From positions 1,280,001 to 1,344,000 of the forward strand of contig OZ243927.1 in the NCBI GenBank assembly GCA_965213925.1: a DNA stretch of 64,000 bases, in the 5' to 3' direction. This DNA is from Trueperaceae bacterium (GTDB lineage: Bacteria; Deinococcota; Deinococci; Deinococcales; Trueperaceae). This document shows positions 29,087 to 39,798 of this stretch, piece after piece. The position numbers and the translations under genes are program-made. The stretch's first letter is position 1. The number at the start of each line of letters is the position of its first letter. The notes beneath the pieces were generated by a model that had not been told where the DNA came from, did not search any database, and saw only the letters and a list, made by a program, of their open reading frames with translations.

Positions 29087-29581
29087 GTGCCGCAGAGTCC
29101 GCGCCTTACGTACCGCAAACCTACCCCTGATGACTTGGACTTCTTCCGCGCTTACCTCTCTGACCCTGTGTTGACGCGCTTTTTGCCGAACGAAGCGCCC
29201 TATCCCGAAGCGATGATTACGGCGTATTTGCAAAACAGAATCGCGCATTGGAAGGTGCACGGCTTTGGGTCGTACCTCTTGGATTTGGACTCGCAGACGG
29301 TTGGCTATGCGGGGCTCGAGTTCGTCCGCGAAACCTCCTACATAGACCTCCGTTATGGTCTCGTTCGAGAGGTGTGGGGACGGGGTTTAGCGTTAGAGGC
29401 GGCGCAAACGTGTCTCGAGGAGGGGTTTCGAAGAGGTCTTGCCGAAACTTTTTACGGGGCGGCTGCGCCGGAAAACAGAGCGTCTATCGCCGTATTGAAA
29501 AAGGTCGGCATGAAGCCGTGCGGGGTTGACCTCTACGGCGATGAGGTGTCGCACTTTTGTATCTCAGCGCGCGAGGTTTAG
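29087..29581 (+). CDS. GNAT N-acetyltransferase (RimJ/RimL-like)
   Basis: WGRGLALEAA and ENRASIAVLKKVGM. Confidence 0.85.
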   Translation: MPQSPRLTYRKPTPDDLDFFRAYLSDPVLTRFLPNEAPYPEAMITAYLQNRIAHWKVHGFGSYLLDLDSQTVGYAGLEFVRETSYIDLRYGLVREVWGRGLALEAAQTCLEEGFRRGLAETFYGAAAPENRASIAVLKKVGMKPCGVDLYGDEVSHFCISAREV

Positions 29582-30582
29582 ACGAACTGCACGCCGTTTC
29601 CCTCGACAACTTCACCGATAGGATGAAGAGGTTCCACCGCTACGCGCTGCACTTCTTCCACCTCTTCGGGCGAGGCGATGAGCACGAAACCGACACCCAT
29701 GTTGAAAACGTCGAACATCTCCGCCTCGCTTACCTCACCTTCTTGTTGAATCAGCCCAAAAATCTCGGGTACTTCCCAGTGACCTCTTTCGATCTGGACG
29801 CCGAGCTTGTCTGGTAGGACGCGCGGCAAGTTTCCCGGCAGACCGCCGCCCGTGATGTGCGCCATGCCGCGTATGAGGTTACGTTCCAAAAGAGGTGTGA
29901 CGGTTTCCAGATATGAGCGGTGCGGCGTGAGGAGCGTTTCGCCCACCGTGCTCTCGCCAAACGCGTCATGCAGCTTACCTTCTAACGCCCGCCGCGCCAG
30001 GCTAAAGCCGTTCGTTTGTAAGCCGCCCGACATGAGCGCGAGAAGTTGGTCGCCCGGCTTAATCTTTGACCCGTCGATAATTTTATCTCTGTCAACTGAA
30101 CCGACGATAGTGCCGACTACGTCGAACTCGCCCTCTGTGTAAACGCCGGGCATCTCCGCTGTTTCGCCGCCCAGTAGGGGAATGTAGAGCGATTCGCACG
30201 CTTTAGCGATGCCGGTGATGAGGTCGGCGATGAGCGCGGGCTCGAGCTTAGCCGCCGCCACGTAATCTAGAAAAAAGAGTGGTCTCGCGCCCTGCACCAA
30301 GATGTCATTCACGCAGTGATGAACGATATCGAAACCGAGCCCTCGTGTTTGACCGAGCGCCGCCGCCACTTTCGTCTTCGTACCGACGCCGTCCGTCGAG
30401 GCGACGAGTACGGGATTCGCTAACCTCTTGAGGTCGCCCGCGTCGTAAAGTCCACCGAACGCGCCGAGCCCGGCTAAGACGTTGGGCGTATAGGTGCGCT
30501 TTACGGCATCTTTGATTAGACCAAGCGTCCGGTCGCTCGCTTGCAGGTCAACGCCAGCGCGTTTGTAGGCATTTTCAGACAT
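29578..30582 (-). CDS. purM: Phosphoribosylformylglycinamidine cyclo-ligase
   Basis: AYKRAGVD, STDGVGTK, GGETAEMPG, AHITGGG and FNMGVG. Confidence 0.95.
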   Translation of the reverse strand: MSENAYKRAGVDLQASDRTLGLIKDAVKRTYTPNVLAGLGAFGGLYDAGDLKRLANPVLVASTDGVGTKTKVAAALGQTRGLGFDIVHHCVNDILVQGARPLFFLDYVAAAKLEPALIADLITGIAKACESLYIPLLGGETAEMPGVYTEGEFDVVGTIVGSVDRDKIIDGSKIKPGDQLLALMSGGLQTNGFSLARRALEGKLHDAFGESTVGETLLTPHRSYLETVTPLLERNLIRGMAHITGGGLPGNLPRVLPDKLGVQIERGHWEVPEIFGLIQQEGEVSEAEMFDVFNMGVGFVLIASPEEVEEVQRVAVEPLHPIGEVVEGNGVQFV

Positions 30583-30591
30583 GCGCTGATT

Positions 30592-31791
30592 CTACGCTTT
30601 CGCGCCCCTGAGAAGCGGCACGTAAAAGAGCAGCGCGGCGAGAGAGAGCGCGGCGGTGAAGAAGAAGGCGGCGCTGTACGCCTCTGGCGGATAGGGTCCG
30701 CTCTGGCTCCCTGCTACCGCCTCGATGAGCAGCCCTAGACCCCACTGCAACACGGCGCTGCCACCGATGCCGAAGAGGTTGACCGCCGTGATCGCCCGTC
30801 CGGTGAGGTGGAGCGGGAAGATCGCCCTGAGCTGCGCAAACATCAGCACGGCAAACGCAGATGAGACGCTAAAGGCGGCGAAGAGGAGCGTGAGGACGGG
30901 GCGAGACCAGCTCGAGTCGAAGAGCGCTAGCCCGATTTGCGTCAGCGTAAAGACGCCCGCAGCGACCGCGAGCACGCGCCCTAAACCGAAGCGTTCCCCT
31001 AAAAACCCGGCGACGAAATAACCCAGCGTGATGCCGCCGCTCAAGACGAGCAAGAGGTTGCCCACGGCCACACTGGAGAGACCTAATACGTCACTTAGAA
31101 AAGGTCCCGCCCAGAGGCTCTGATAGGCGAATAAGCTGCCGACGAGGGCGAAGTTCAAGAGGGCGACGCGCCAGAACTGGAGGCTGCGGAAGATGTCGGC
31201 GAAGCTGCCCTGCTCACCTGTTTCCTCTTCTGTATGAGGCGCGTCACGCCCTAGCCACGAGATGAGCAGGGCGCTCAGGAGAATCACAACCGCGCCGCCG
31301 ATAAAGACGCTGCGCCAGCCGAAGCGTTCGTTAAGTAGCGCGAGCGGCGTCGCGGCGGTGAGCGCGCCCAGAGAACCTAGCGAGAGGTAGAGGCTCGAGA
31401 CCCGCGCAAAGCTACCCGCCGAGAACCAGCCGCTAAACGACTTGAGCGCCCCCATTAAGATACCGGCGACGCCCAAACCAATGAGCGTTCTACCGACAGC
31501 TAAAGCCGCAAACGACTCGCCGAAGCCGAAAACGAGACTGCCCAGCACCGCGAAGAGCATTAGAAGCGGCGTCATCCACCTCGGACCGAAGCGGTCTAAA
31601 AGTGAGCCGATGGGCAGCTGCGCGGCGGCGAACGCCGCGAAGAAGAGGCTCGTCATGAGCCCCAACTGCGACGCGGTGAGCGAGAGGTCGCGCGTCAAAT
31701 CCTCCGCGATAACGGCGTTTGTGGAGCGCAAAAAGTAGGAGAGGAAGTAGGCGGGTAAAAAGGCGAAAAAGACAACGAGACGTGGGGGCAT
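30592..31791 (-). CDS. MFS transporter
   Basis: About 12 TM helices and MFS motif A (GSLLDRFGPR). Start taken at the ATG at 31791. Confidence 0.88.
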   Translation of the reverse strand: MPPRLVVFFAFLPAYFLSYFLRSTNAVIAEDLTRDLSLTASQLGLMTSLFFAAFAAAQLPIGSLLDRFGPRWMTPLLMLFAVLGSLVFGFGESFAALAVGRTLIGLGVAGILMGALKSFSGWFSAGSFARVSSLYLSLGSLGALTAATPLALLNERFGWRSVFIGGAVVILLSALLISWLGRDAPHTEEETGEQGSFADIFRSLQFWRVALLNFALVGSLFAYQSLWAGPFLSDVLGLSSVAVGNLLLVLSGGITLGYFVAGFLGERFGLGRVLAVAAGVFTLTQIGLALFDSSWSRPVLTLLFAAFSVSSAFAVLMFAQLRAIFPLHLTGRAITAVNLFGIGGSAVLQWGLGLLIEAVAGSQSGPYPPEAYSAAFFFTAALSLAALLFYVPLLRGAKA

Positions 31792-31862
31792 GGGGGAGTA
31801 GCTTAACAGATGGCGGGTTCGCTTCGTGGGTAGGGCGGTACGCCCGGTCTCCCTATGCCCTC

Positions 31863-33131
31863 CTAAATCGCCTCGATTAAGGTCGCCTCGCCCTGCCCCA
31901 CGCCGACGCACAGCGTCGCCAGACCGTACCTCATCGGCTCACCTGCCCCACGCCGCCGCCGCATTTCATAGATTAGCGTCGTTAGGATGCGCGCGCCCGA
32001 GCAGCCGAGCGGATGCCCCAGAGCGATAGCTCCGCCGTTCACGTTGGTGACAGCTTCGCTTAGACCAAGTTCGCGGAGCACGGCGACCGCTTGCGCCGCG
32101 AACGCCTCGTTGAGTTCGGCTAGGTCGATGTCGCCCACGCTGAGACCCGTGCGCTTCAAGAGCTTGCGCGCCGCGTGAACCGGCCCTAACCCCATCACTC
32201 GCGGGTCCACGCCCGCCGCCGCCGAGCCGACCCACCTAGCGAGAGGCTCGACGCCGAGTTCTTCCGCTTTAGACGCCGACATCAGGACCAGTGCGCACGC
32301 GCCGTCGTTTAGGCCGCTCGAGTTCCCCGCCGTCACGCTTCCCCCTTTCCGAAAAGCAGGTCTTAACTTGCCGAGTTTCTCCAGACTCGTCGTGACCTCG
32401 AAACCGTTCTCTGTCTCCGCGTAAAAAGGATGCTCGTCTACGCCAAAGACGATAGGCTCCCCCTTGCGTTGCGGAATCTCGACGGGGACGATCTGGGTGT
32501 CGAAGTGCCCCTCTTTCATCGCGTTCACCGCCCGCTCCTGGCTCTGCAGCGCAAACCTGTCTTGGTCTTCCCTGGTGATTTCGCCCCCCTCAAGCTCGCC
32601 CGCGCAGCTCAGCGCCACAATGTTCTCCGCTGTTTCGCCCATCGCCTCTAAAGGGTAGCGCGCCGCCAGCTCAGGGTTCGGGTAGCGCCAGCCGAGCGTC
32701 GTGTCCCAGCCGGTGATGTTGCCGGGAGGTCCGAAGCCGACCGGGTTTTTAGGAACGGAGTAGGGCGCGCGCGTCATGCTCTCGACGCCGCCCGCGACGT
32801 AGACCTCGCCCTCGCCGCACCGAATCGCCCGCGCCGCCTGGTTGACCGCATTCAGCCCGCTCGCGCAGAGCCGGTTCAGCGTGACGCCGCCGACCTGCTC
32901 GGGGAGCCCCGCCAATAGGAGCGCCATGCGCGCCACATTGCGGTTATCTTCACCCGCTTGGTTAGCGCAACCTAGATAGACCTCTTCGATGAGGGCGGGG
33001 TCGACGTTTGCTCTACTTACCGCCTCTTTGATGACTAAACTTGCCAAGTCGTCGGGACGCACGCTCGAGAGTGCCCCCCGTATCTTGCCGATAGGTGTCC
33101 TGACTGCGCTGACGATGACGACCTCTTGCAT
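31863..33131 (-). CDS. Thiolase (acetyl-CoA C-acyltransferase, PcaF/PaaJ-like)
   Basis: [32 protein letters not shown] and LCVGVGQG. Confidence 0.92.
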   Translation of the reverse strand: MQEVVIVSAVRTPIGKIRGALSSVRPDDLASLVIKEAVSRANVDPALIEEVYLGCANQAGEDNRNVARMALLLAGLPEQVGGVTLNRLCASGLNAVNQAARAIRCGEGEVYVAGGVESMTRAPYSVPKNPVGFGPPGNITGWDTTLGWRYPNPELAARYPLEAMGETAENIVALSCAGELEGGEITREDQDRFALQSQERAVNAMKEGHFDTQIVPVEIPQRKGEPIVFGVDEHPFYAETENGFEVTTSLEKLGKLRPAFRKGGSVTAGNSSGLNDGACALVLMSASKAEELGVEPLARWVGSAAAGVDPRVMGLGPVHAARKLLKRTGLSVGDIDLAELNEAFAAQAVAVLRELGLSEAVTNVNGGAIALGHPLGCSGARILTTLIYEMRRRRGAGEPMRYGLATLCVGVGQGEATLIEAI

Positions 33132-33366
33132 AGACCTCCTAGACGAATAGACAGAATGACAAGTAAGTTTACGTCGCAGCGCCTAGCTAACGCTGTACTT
33201 AAAACGGTGTACCACGTCTCGCGCACAGCGTACGAAGTTTATGGGCAAGGCGATTGCATGAGTCTCGAGTCCCTACTAAAAATGAAACCTTTAGTAGAGA
33301 GGGTTCAAAATCAAAATGGTCAAGCAGTGCTAGGTTGCTGTAGGCGTTCATCGGGTACACTGAAGG

Positions 33367-33546
33367 ATGTTCGAACAAGCTTGGCAAGGCTACGCTTACC
33401 TTGCGCTCCTCATCCTCTGGCTCATCACCATCGCTTTTCGCTTTGTCCCTGCGCTTTACGAGCGCTACCCCAAACTGCAACAGAACGCGCAGTGGGCGGG
33501 TTGGGCGGCGCTTTTGGGCATCATCGCCATCACGATGATGCGTTAG
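33367..33546 (+). CDS. Small two-TM membrane protein, 59 aa
   Basis: Manual translation: MFEQAWQGYAYLALLILWLITIAFRFVPALYERYPKLQQNAQWAGWAALLGIIAITMMR. It fills an otherwise empty gap. Confidence 0.6.
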   Translation: MFEQAWQGYAYLALLILWLITIAFRFVPALYERYPKLQQNAQWAGWAALLGIIAITMMR

Positions 33547-34519
33547 GGCTACTCTTGCGTGCGGCGCGGTAGAGCGCCCCTATGGTGCGCATGTTCGCGG
33601 CGGCTTCGCTCACCGGGTAGCGGAGCGGCTTGCTCTCTAAGACGCACGCGGCGAAGTGCTCCGCCATCTTTTTATAGGGGTCCTCAGCGGGAGTGCGGTG
33701 CGTTTTGTCCTCTTGACCTGCGCGCTTTTCGACGATGAGCGCCTCCTTATGCTTCGATGTAAAGGCGTCCGTAAGCTCGAGGCTCCCCGCGCTGCCGATG
33801 ACCTCGACGAATTCGCGCCTCTCTAGCGCCAAGCCGCAGTCGATCTGCGCCAAAACACCGTTCGGAAAACGTAGCGCGCCCACTAAAACTTCGTCCACCC
33901 CTGTCCCTGACCAATGGGCATACGCCTGTACGCTGGTCGGTTCTTCGCCTGCTAGCGTGCGGCTTATGTTGACGCAGTAGCAGCCGACGTCGTAGAGTGC
34001 GCCGCCGCCTAAACCCTCCTGCCAGCGGATGTCGTCCTCGCGGCTCAGCTTGAAGCTGAAGGTGCTGCGGATCAGCCTAAGCTCGCCGATAGTGCCTCTC
34101 TCCAACAACTCGGTGAGTTTGGCGAAGCGCGGATGGAAGCGGTACATAAACGCTTCCATGAGCATTGCGCCGTTCTCTTCGGCGACCGCCGCCATCTCGT
34201 CGCATTCTTGCGCGTCGACGCCTAGAGGTTTTTCGCACAGGACGTGCTTGCCCGCGCTCAGCGCTTTGGTCGTCCATTCCTTGTGCAAGCTGTTGGGCAG
34301 GGGATTATAAACCGCGTCTATGTCGGACGCTAGCATCTCCTCATAAGACCCATAGGCTTGCGGAATAGCCAGGTCCTTAGCGACCTCTTGCGCTTTGTCT
34401 TGGGTGCGGCTCGAGACCGCAACAACTTCTCCATTGGACGACGCTTGCAGCGCCGGAATCACCGACTTCACCCCAATTTTTGCCGTACTTAGAACGCCCC
34501 AGCGTAACTTTTTCGCCAC
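33530..34519 (-). CDS. Gfo/Idh/MocA oxidoreductase
   Basis: LRWGVLSTAKIG, HVLCEKP and GGGALYDVGCY. Confidence 0.92.
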   Translation of the reverse strand: MAKKLRWGVLSTAKIGVKSVIPALQASSNGEVVAVSSRTQDKAQEVAKDLAIPQAYGSYEEMLASDIDAVYNPLPNSLHKEWTTKALSAGKHVLCEKPLGVDAQECDEMAAVAEENGAMLMEAFMYRFHPRFAKLTELLERGTIGELRLIRSTFSFKLSREDDIRWQEGLGGGALYDVGCYCVNISRTLAGEEPTSVQAYAHWSGTGVDEVLVGALRFPNGVLAQIDCGLALERREFVEVIGSAGSLELTDAFTSKHKEALIVEKRAGQEDKTHRTPAEDPYKKMAEHFAACVLESKPLRYPVSEAAANMRTIGALYRAARKSSPNASS

Positions 34520-34577
34520 GTTTCACCTCACTTGGAATGTTATGACTCAAACGTGGCTGAGTGTACCGTATTCATAG

Positions 34578-35375
34578 CTAAGGCGTATGCGCCAAACCTC
34601 CGGCGACGGCGCGCAAAAAGGTCGCGCTGCGGCGCACCCCTTCCGCGCCCCCCGTTACTTCCAGACAGATGGTTCCCGAAAAGTTGCGCAAAAAGGTCGC
34701 GTAGCGGTGATAGGGCAGCGTTCCCTCATTTAGCGGCTTGTGCAAGTCCGCCGCGCCGTCGTTGCTATGCACGTGCAAGTGGATGATGCGCTCGCCTAAA
34801 ACGCCTAAGTAGCGCTCCGTGAGGTCACGCTCGCCCGTGCGTCCTGCTTCGACGTAAGCGTGACCAAAGTCTAAGCAGTTGTGAAAGCCGGCGCTCCCCG
34901 TAAGGTCTCTGAGCGCTTCGGGACCGTGGATGAGGTCTTGCGGGCTCAGGGCGATATTCTCGACGGCGATAGGAACGACTTCGCTAAACTCGGCAAACGA
35001 TTTACTTAGCGCTTTTTGCGCGTAGCTCACCGCTAAAGGGTGGTACACGGAGTTCTGACCTGTATGCAGCACGCCGCAGAGTGCGCCCAACTCGGCGGCA
35101 CCCCCTAGCGCACGCTCAACGCGCTCCACCGCGTTATTGCGCGCGCTCGGCACGAGCGAGGCGAGGTTTAAGTCCACGAAGGGAAGGTGGACACTGACGC
35201 CGACGCCTGTAGCATAGCTCAGCTCCTTGGTACGTTCTAACAGACCGGCGTCCGGCAAAATTTCGAAGATTTCCCACGCTAGTTCGACGAAGGTAAAATC
35301 CAGCTCGGCGGCGAGCTTGAAGGCGTCCTCGAGGTCTAAAACGGACGCGGTAGAGGGGCTGTAACCCAGGTTCAT
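34578..35375 (-). CDS. Sugar phosphate isomerase/epimerase (xylose-isomerase-like TIM barrel)
   Basis: HLPFVDLN, AVEN, CLDFGHA and HLHVHSNDG..DLH. Confidence 0.85.
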   Translation of the reverse strand: MNLGYSPSTASVLDLEDAFKLAAELDFTFVELAWEIFEILPDAGLLERTKELSYATGVGVSVHLPFVDLNLASLVPSARNNAVERVERALGGAAELGALCGVLHTGQNSVYHPLAVSYAQKALSKSFAEFSEVVPIAVENIALSPQDLIHGPEALRDLTGSAGFHNCLDFGHAYVEAGRTGERDLTERYLGVLGERIIHLHVHSNDGAADLHKPLNEGTLPYHRYATFLRNFSGTICLEVTGGAEGVRRSATFLRAVAGGLAHTP

Positions 35376-35543
35376 CACACTCTCCTTACAGGGCTAAGTA
35401 CCGTGTTTCTGCCTAACTTTATCGCGAGATGGGCTCTGAAGATGTGACGAGTGTGTTGGGTTTTAGGAGGCTAAGGATTGAGCGCTCAAGTTGAAATAGT
35501 TCCAAAAGGAAAGATAATACACTGTCAGCTAAAAACTGAATTA

Positions 35544-35660
35544 TGTCATTCTGAGTGTAACGGAGTGAAGCGAAAGAATCTCGTCTCGCAATCTCAGCTC
35601 GTCGAGATTGCGAGTTACAGAATTTTGGCAATAGCCAAACGAGACCCTTCGACAACCGGG
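35544..35660. repeat. Degenerate REP-like hairpin element
   Basis: TGTCATTCTGAG...GCGAAAGAATCTCGT, an internal CTCGCAATCTC/GAGATTGCGAG stem, and ACGAGACCCTTCG. Confidence 0.5.
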
Positions 35661-35811
35661 CTTCGCCGTACTTCGTGAACAGTGTGACAATAGTGTTGCA
35701 AAACTCACCTATACAGTGTAATAGGTGGTCTTAATAAAATAAAATCGCAGGTCCCACGTCCGCGTCTATCCGCTCGGTGAGACCTGCTAACTGTAAAGCT
35801 CTCGGGTCAAC

Positions 35812-36000
35812 CTATGACGCGAGTTTATGCGCTTCGACGCAGACGATGTCGAAGTAGAACTCGCGCTCTTTAAGCGCCGCCGTGTTGACGATGATGCCGT
35901 TCGGTCCGTGCCAGAAGTCCGCGTCTAGGGTGTCTTGCTGCCAAACTTCGGTGGGCTTGAGCGGGGTTGCTTGGTCGGTGATGGTTTGATGGTTCTGCAT
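35812..36000 (-). CDS. Small hypothetical protein, 62 aa
   Basis: AAGGGAGG RBS before the ATG and host-like codon usage. Confidence 0.65.
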   Translation of the reverse strand: MQNHQTITDQATPLKPTEVWQQDTLDADFWHGPNGIIVNTAALKEREFYFDIVCVEAHKLAS

Positions 36001-36163
36001 AGTGGTGCCTCCCTTAGAGTTTGAAGCAGGACGCTCTCCCTGTGCCGCTGCTATCTACTACAGAATGTAACAAACCCTATGACTGCACCCTGACAGGTTC
36101 TTAACACCGTCTGTGACGTGTAATCTAGCTCCCACCGTGTGAGGTTATCGTCAAAATGTAACG

Positions 36164-38488
36164 CTAGTCCCTTTTTGCGAGTTTGCTTTTCAAGAGGTCC
36201 TGGACAAGCTGCGGGTTGGCGGTGCCTTTCGTCTCGCGCATGACCTGACCAACAAAAAAGCCTAGAAGCCCGGTCTTGCCACCCCTATACGCCTCGACCT
36301 TGTCGGGATTGTTAGCGATGATGCCGTCGACGATGGGCTCTAGTTCGCCCGTGTTAGTGACTTGCTCGAGACCCTCTCGCTGGATGATATTCGTTGGATT
36401 TTCGCCCGTTTGGAGCATCGTTTCAAAGACATCTTTAGCACTTCTTTTAGAGATTGTCTCTTCGTCTGTAAGCGACACGAGCGAGGCGAGTTGCGGCGGT
36501 GTCACGCGCAAATCCTCCAGGGACACCTCTTTAAGTTCGCGCAGGAGTTCGTTTACAATCCAATTGGCGACACTTTGGGGGTTGTTATGGGTCTTTAGTG
36601 CCCGCTCGAAAAAGCTTGCCAACGCTAAGTTACCCGCTAAAATCTGCGCGTCGTCACGGCTTAGCTTGAGTTGAACTGTGTAATACTCGAGCTTTTCCTG
36701 CTGCTCGGGTGAGAACTCGAGCGTAGGGTCTTTCGGCTCGCCTAGCGCCGAAGCGACCTGAACGCGCTTGGGTTTAGTCTCACGCTGCTTTTGCGGTTCC
36801 CGCTCCTCTTGCTTCGCCCACGAGTCGCGCAGGGGCACGATGCGGTTGAAAACGAGCCCGTCCGCTTTCGAATCCACCGAATCTTGCACGAAGTACCCCT
36901 GCCGCTCGAACTGATAGCGCGCTTTGGGCGGGTCATCCGCCACGCTCGGCTCGACGAAACCTCTTTGCGTGACAAGCGAGTCGGGGTTGAGGTAATCCGT
37001 AAAGGTGCCCTCTTCAGCTTCAGGATTGGGCACGCTGAATAGTCTGTCATAGAGGCGCACTTCTGCCCTTAGTGCGTGCTTCGCCGAAACCCAATGTACG
37101 GTTCCCTTAACTTTGCGACCCTGCGGATTTCTCCCGAGCGTCTCGGGGTCATACGAGCAGCGCAACTCGCTCACGTTGCCCTTGGCGTCTTTGATGACCT
37201 CATCGCAACGAATAACGTAGGCGTAGCGTAGCCGCACCTCTCCCCCCGGCGAGAGGCGGTAGAAACCTTTAGGGGGGGTCTCGGAGAAGTCTTCGCGCTC
37301 GAGGTAGAGTTCTCTGGAGAAAGGAACTTTACGAGACCCCTCGTTCGGCACGTCGTGGGGCCAGTAGGGAGCCCCCAACCATTCCTCACCACCTTCTGAG
37401 TAGTTCGTCAGAACGACTTTGATGGGGTCTAAAACCGCCATGACGCGGGGCGCTCTCGTGTTGAGGTCGTCGCGAATGGCGTACTCCAAGAGCGCGATAT
37501 CCACCGTGCGGTTCGTGCGCGAGATGCCCACACGAGACGCAAACTCCCGAATCGCCGCCGGTCTCACGCCGCGCCGCCGCATCCCCGCGAGCGTCGGCAT
37601 ACGCGGGTCGTCCCAGCCGCTGACGTGACCTTCTTGAATCAGTTGAATCAACTTGCGCTTACTCACCACCGTGTATTCGATGCTGCGCCGCCCGAACTCG
37701 TGCTGATAGGGGCGCGGCGAGCCGATAAGGTGTGTCATTAGCCAATCGTAGACGGCGCGGTTCTCGACGAACTCTAAAGAGCAGAGGCTGTGCGTGACCC
37801 CTTCGATGGCGTCTGAGAGAGGATGCTGAAAGTCGTACATGGGGTAGATGGGCCATTCGTTCCCTGTACGATAATGCTTTTCAAAGCGGATGCGGTAGAG
37901 CAGCGGGTCGCGCATCTTCATGTTCGGGTTCGCCATATCGATTTTCGCCCGCAAGACGTGTGCACCTTCGGGGAAGTCGCCGCGCCGCATCCCCTTGAAC
38001 AGCTCCAAATTCTCCTCCACCGAGCGGTTTCGGTACGGGCTCTCGCGCCCCGCCTCCGTCACCGTGCCCCTATAGTCTTGAATCTCCTCTTCGGACAGAC
38101 TGTCCACATACGCTTTGCCCTCTTCGATGAGCCGCAGCGCGAACTCATAAAGCTGCTCGAAGTAGTCCGACGCAAAGAAGAGCCTGTCGTCCCAGTTCCA
38201 ACCCAGCCAGCGAAAGTCGCGCTCTAAAGATTCGGCGAATTCCATACGCTCCGTGGTTGGATTGGTATCGTCGAAGCGCAAGTTACAACGACCACCGTAG
38301 TCGCCCGCGACGCCGAAGTTGATAAAGCTCGCAATGGCGTGACCCAGGTGGGCGTAGCCGTTGGGCTCGGGCGGAAAGCGCGTCACGACCTCTTGCACCC
38401 TGCCCGTCTCCAAGTCCTCGTCGATGATGTCGGTGATGAAGTTCGGGGTGACGGTGCGCTCTCGTTCTGTCGCGGTGTCCATACTCAT
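36164..38488 (-). CDS. glnS: Glutaminyl-tRNA synthetase with a C-terminal GatB/YqeY domain
   Basis: RFPPEPNGYAHLGH, VVSKRKL and WDDPRMPT; C-terminal LLGFFVGQVMRETKGTANP. Confidence 0.95.
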   Translation of the reverse strand: MSMDTATERERTVTPNFITDIIDEDLETGRVQEVVTRFPPEPNGYAHLGHAIASFINFGVAGDYGGRCNLRFDDTNPTTERMEFAESLERDFRWLGWNWDDRLFFASDYFEQLYEFALRLIEEGKAYVDSLSEEEIQDYRGTVTEAGRESPYRNRSVEENLELFKGMRRGDFPEGAHVLRAKIDMANPNMKMRDPLLYRIRFEKHYRTGNEWPIYPMYDFQHPLSDAIEGVTHSLCSLEFVENRAVYDWLMTHLIGSPRPYQHEFGRRSIEYTVVSKRKLIQLIQEGHVSGWDDPRMPTLAGMRRRGVRPAAIREFASRVGISRTNRTVDIALLEYAIRDDLNTRAPRVMAVLDPIKVVLTNYSEGGEEWLGAPYWPHDVPNEGSRKVPFSRELYLEREDFSETPPKGFYRLSPGGEVRLRYAYVIRCDEVIKDAKGNVSELRCSYDPETLGRNPQGRKVKGTVHWVSAKHALRAEVRLYDRLFSVPNPEAEEGTFTDYLNPDSLVTQRGFVEPSVADDPPKARYQFERQGYFVQDSVDSKADGLVFNRIVPLRDSWAKQEEREPQKQRETKPKRVQVASALGEPKDPTLEFSPEQQEKLEYYTVQLKLSRDDAQILAGNLALASFFERALKTHNNPQSVANWIVNELLRELKEVSLEDLRVTPPQLASLVSLTDEETISKRSAKDVFETMLQTGENPTNIIQREGLEQVTNTGELEPIVDGIIANNPDKVEAYRGGKTGLLGFFVGQVMRETKGTANPQLVQDLLKSKLAKRD

Positions 38489-38581
38489 CCTTTCACGCTA
38501 CCACTGCGGGAGGTGAAGAGGTGTAAAAGCATGATAGGATTTGTTCCCTTTATCTTCGGGGTCAGTGCAAGAGGTGTATTT

Positions 38582-39142
38582 ATGAAAGCGTCAGTTTATA
38601 TCGCAACGAGTTTGGACGAATTTATCGCTAGGGAAAACGGCGAGCTTGACTGGTTAGAAGGCAGCGGGGAAGAGGTCAACGAAGAAGATAAAAGCGCAGA
38701 ATCTCGAGGCGAAGATTACGGCTACAAAGATTTTACGGGCAGTGTGGACGCGCTCGTGATGGGACGACACACCTTTGACAAGGTGCTTTCTTTCGGTGAA
38801 TGGGCGTACGGTGACAAACCCGTTGTCGTACTGAGTAGCCGCCCTTTGGAGATTCCAGAACACCTATCCCGAACCGTGGAAGCGGTGTCCGGCTCACCGG
38901 AAGAGGTCGCGGCGTGGCTTTCAGAGCGGGGCGTGAAGCACCTCTACACCGATGGGGGAGAGACCGTTCAGCGGTTTTTACGGATGGGGTTGATTCAGCG
39001 CTTTGTCATCACGAGAATTCCTGTCCTCATCGGCGCGGGCATTCCGCTTTTCGGACCTCTTGATGGAGACATCAAATTGCGTCACGTTCGAACGCAGAGT
39101 TACCCGAGCGGCTTCGTGCAGAGCGAGTACGAGATTGTTTGA
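38582..39142 (+). CDS. Dihydrofolate reductase / RibD C-terminal family protein
   Basis: VYIATSLDEFIA, VMGRHTF, DGG and PVLIGAGIPLF. Confidence 0.85.
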   Translation: MKASVYIATSLDEFIARENGELDWLEGSGEEVNEEDKSAESRGEDYGYKDFTGSVDALVMGRHTFDKVLSFGEWAYGDKPVVVLSSRPLEIPEHLSRTVEAVSGSPEEVAAWLSERGVKHLYTDGGETVQRFLRMGLIQRFVITRIPVLIGAGIPLFGPLDGDIKLRHVRTQSYPSGFVQSEYEIV

Positions 39143-39181
39143 CCCCTTACTCTCGAGGCTGTGAAGTTCTAAAGCTCGAGT

Positions 39182-39640
39182 CTAAACCACAGGTTCGGCG
39201 GTAGGAGCCCCAAACACCTTGCTGAACGTGAACGCTTCAGGTGTGGGACCTTCTCGGGCGATTCGCTCCAACTTCTCTTTCGCCTCGTCCAACGTCGGCA
39301 TGTGCCCCGCCGGAACCCACCACATCGCCAGATGAGGTTTGCCCAACTTCGTAAACCACTTCTTTCGCTCTTTGAACACTTCCACGTGCATAGTTTTGTA
39401 GGTGAAGTCTCTGAGCGTCTGAACGTCCTCCCACACCGACATATTGATAATCAGCATCGGGTCATCAAACACGCGCAGGTTCAAAGCGTCGCCGTCATCC
39501 GTTTGCAGCCGCCATACGAAGCCGGGCGCGTCGTCTGCAAGTGCGTTGATTTCATCTAATCTCGAGACGAAGCCGTGCATGATGGGGTCATCCATCTCGG
39601 CTAAGGCTTTGGCGATGTTGATCTGAGCGAGGTGGGGCAT
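39182..39640 (-). CDS. DUF3291-like protein
   Basis: HLAQINIA, NALADDAPGFVWRL, NMSVWE, WWVPAGH.P and GPTPEAFTF. Confidence 0.8.
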   Translation of the reverse strand: MPHLAQINIAKALAEMDDPIMHGFVSRLDEINALADDAPGFVWRLQTDDGDALNLRVFDDPMLIINMSVWEDVQTLRDFTYKTMHVEVFKERKKWFTKLGKPHLAMWWVPAGHMPTLDEAKEKLERIAREGPTPEAFTFSKVFGAPTAEPVV

Positions 39641-39798
39641 ACTGACCTCTCTTGCTTTACACTCTGCGATGACTTGGTGTTACTTATTGAGAGCAATGAG
39701 TACCGAGCAACGAGCAATCCAGTCGAGCTGGTGGCTTTAGCTTCCGCAGGAACGAACGGTGAGTGAAAACCTTTAGACTCATTGCTCATCGCTTTCAA

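Noticed and set aside
36164..36700. GlnRS-YqeY fusion as a novelty
   Set aside because: It is already described for Deinococcus GlnRS, so it serves only as a taxonomic clue.
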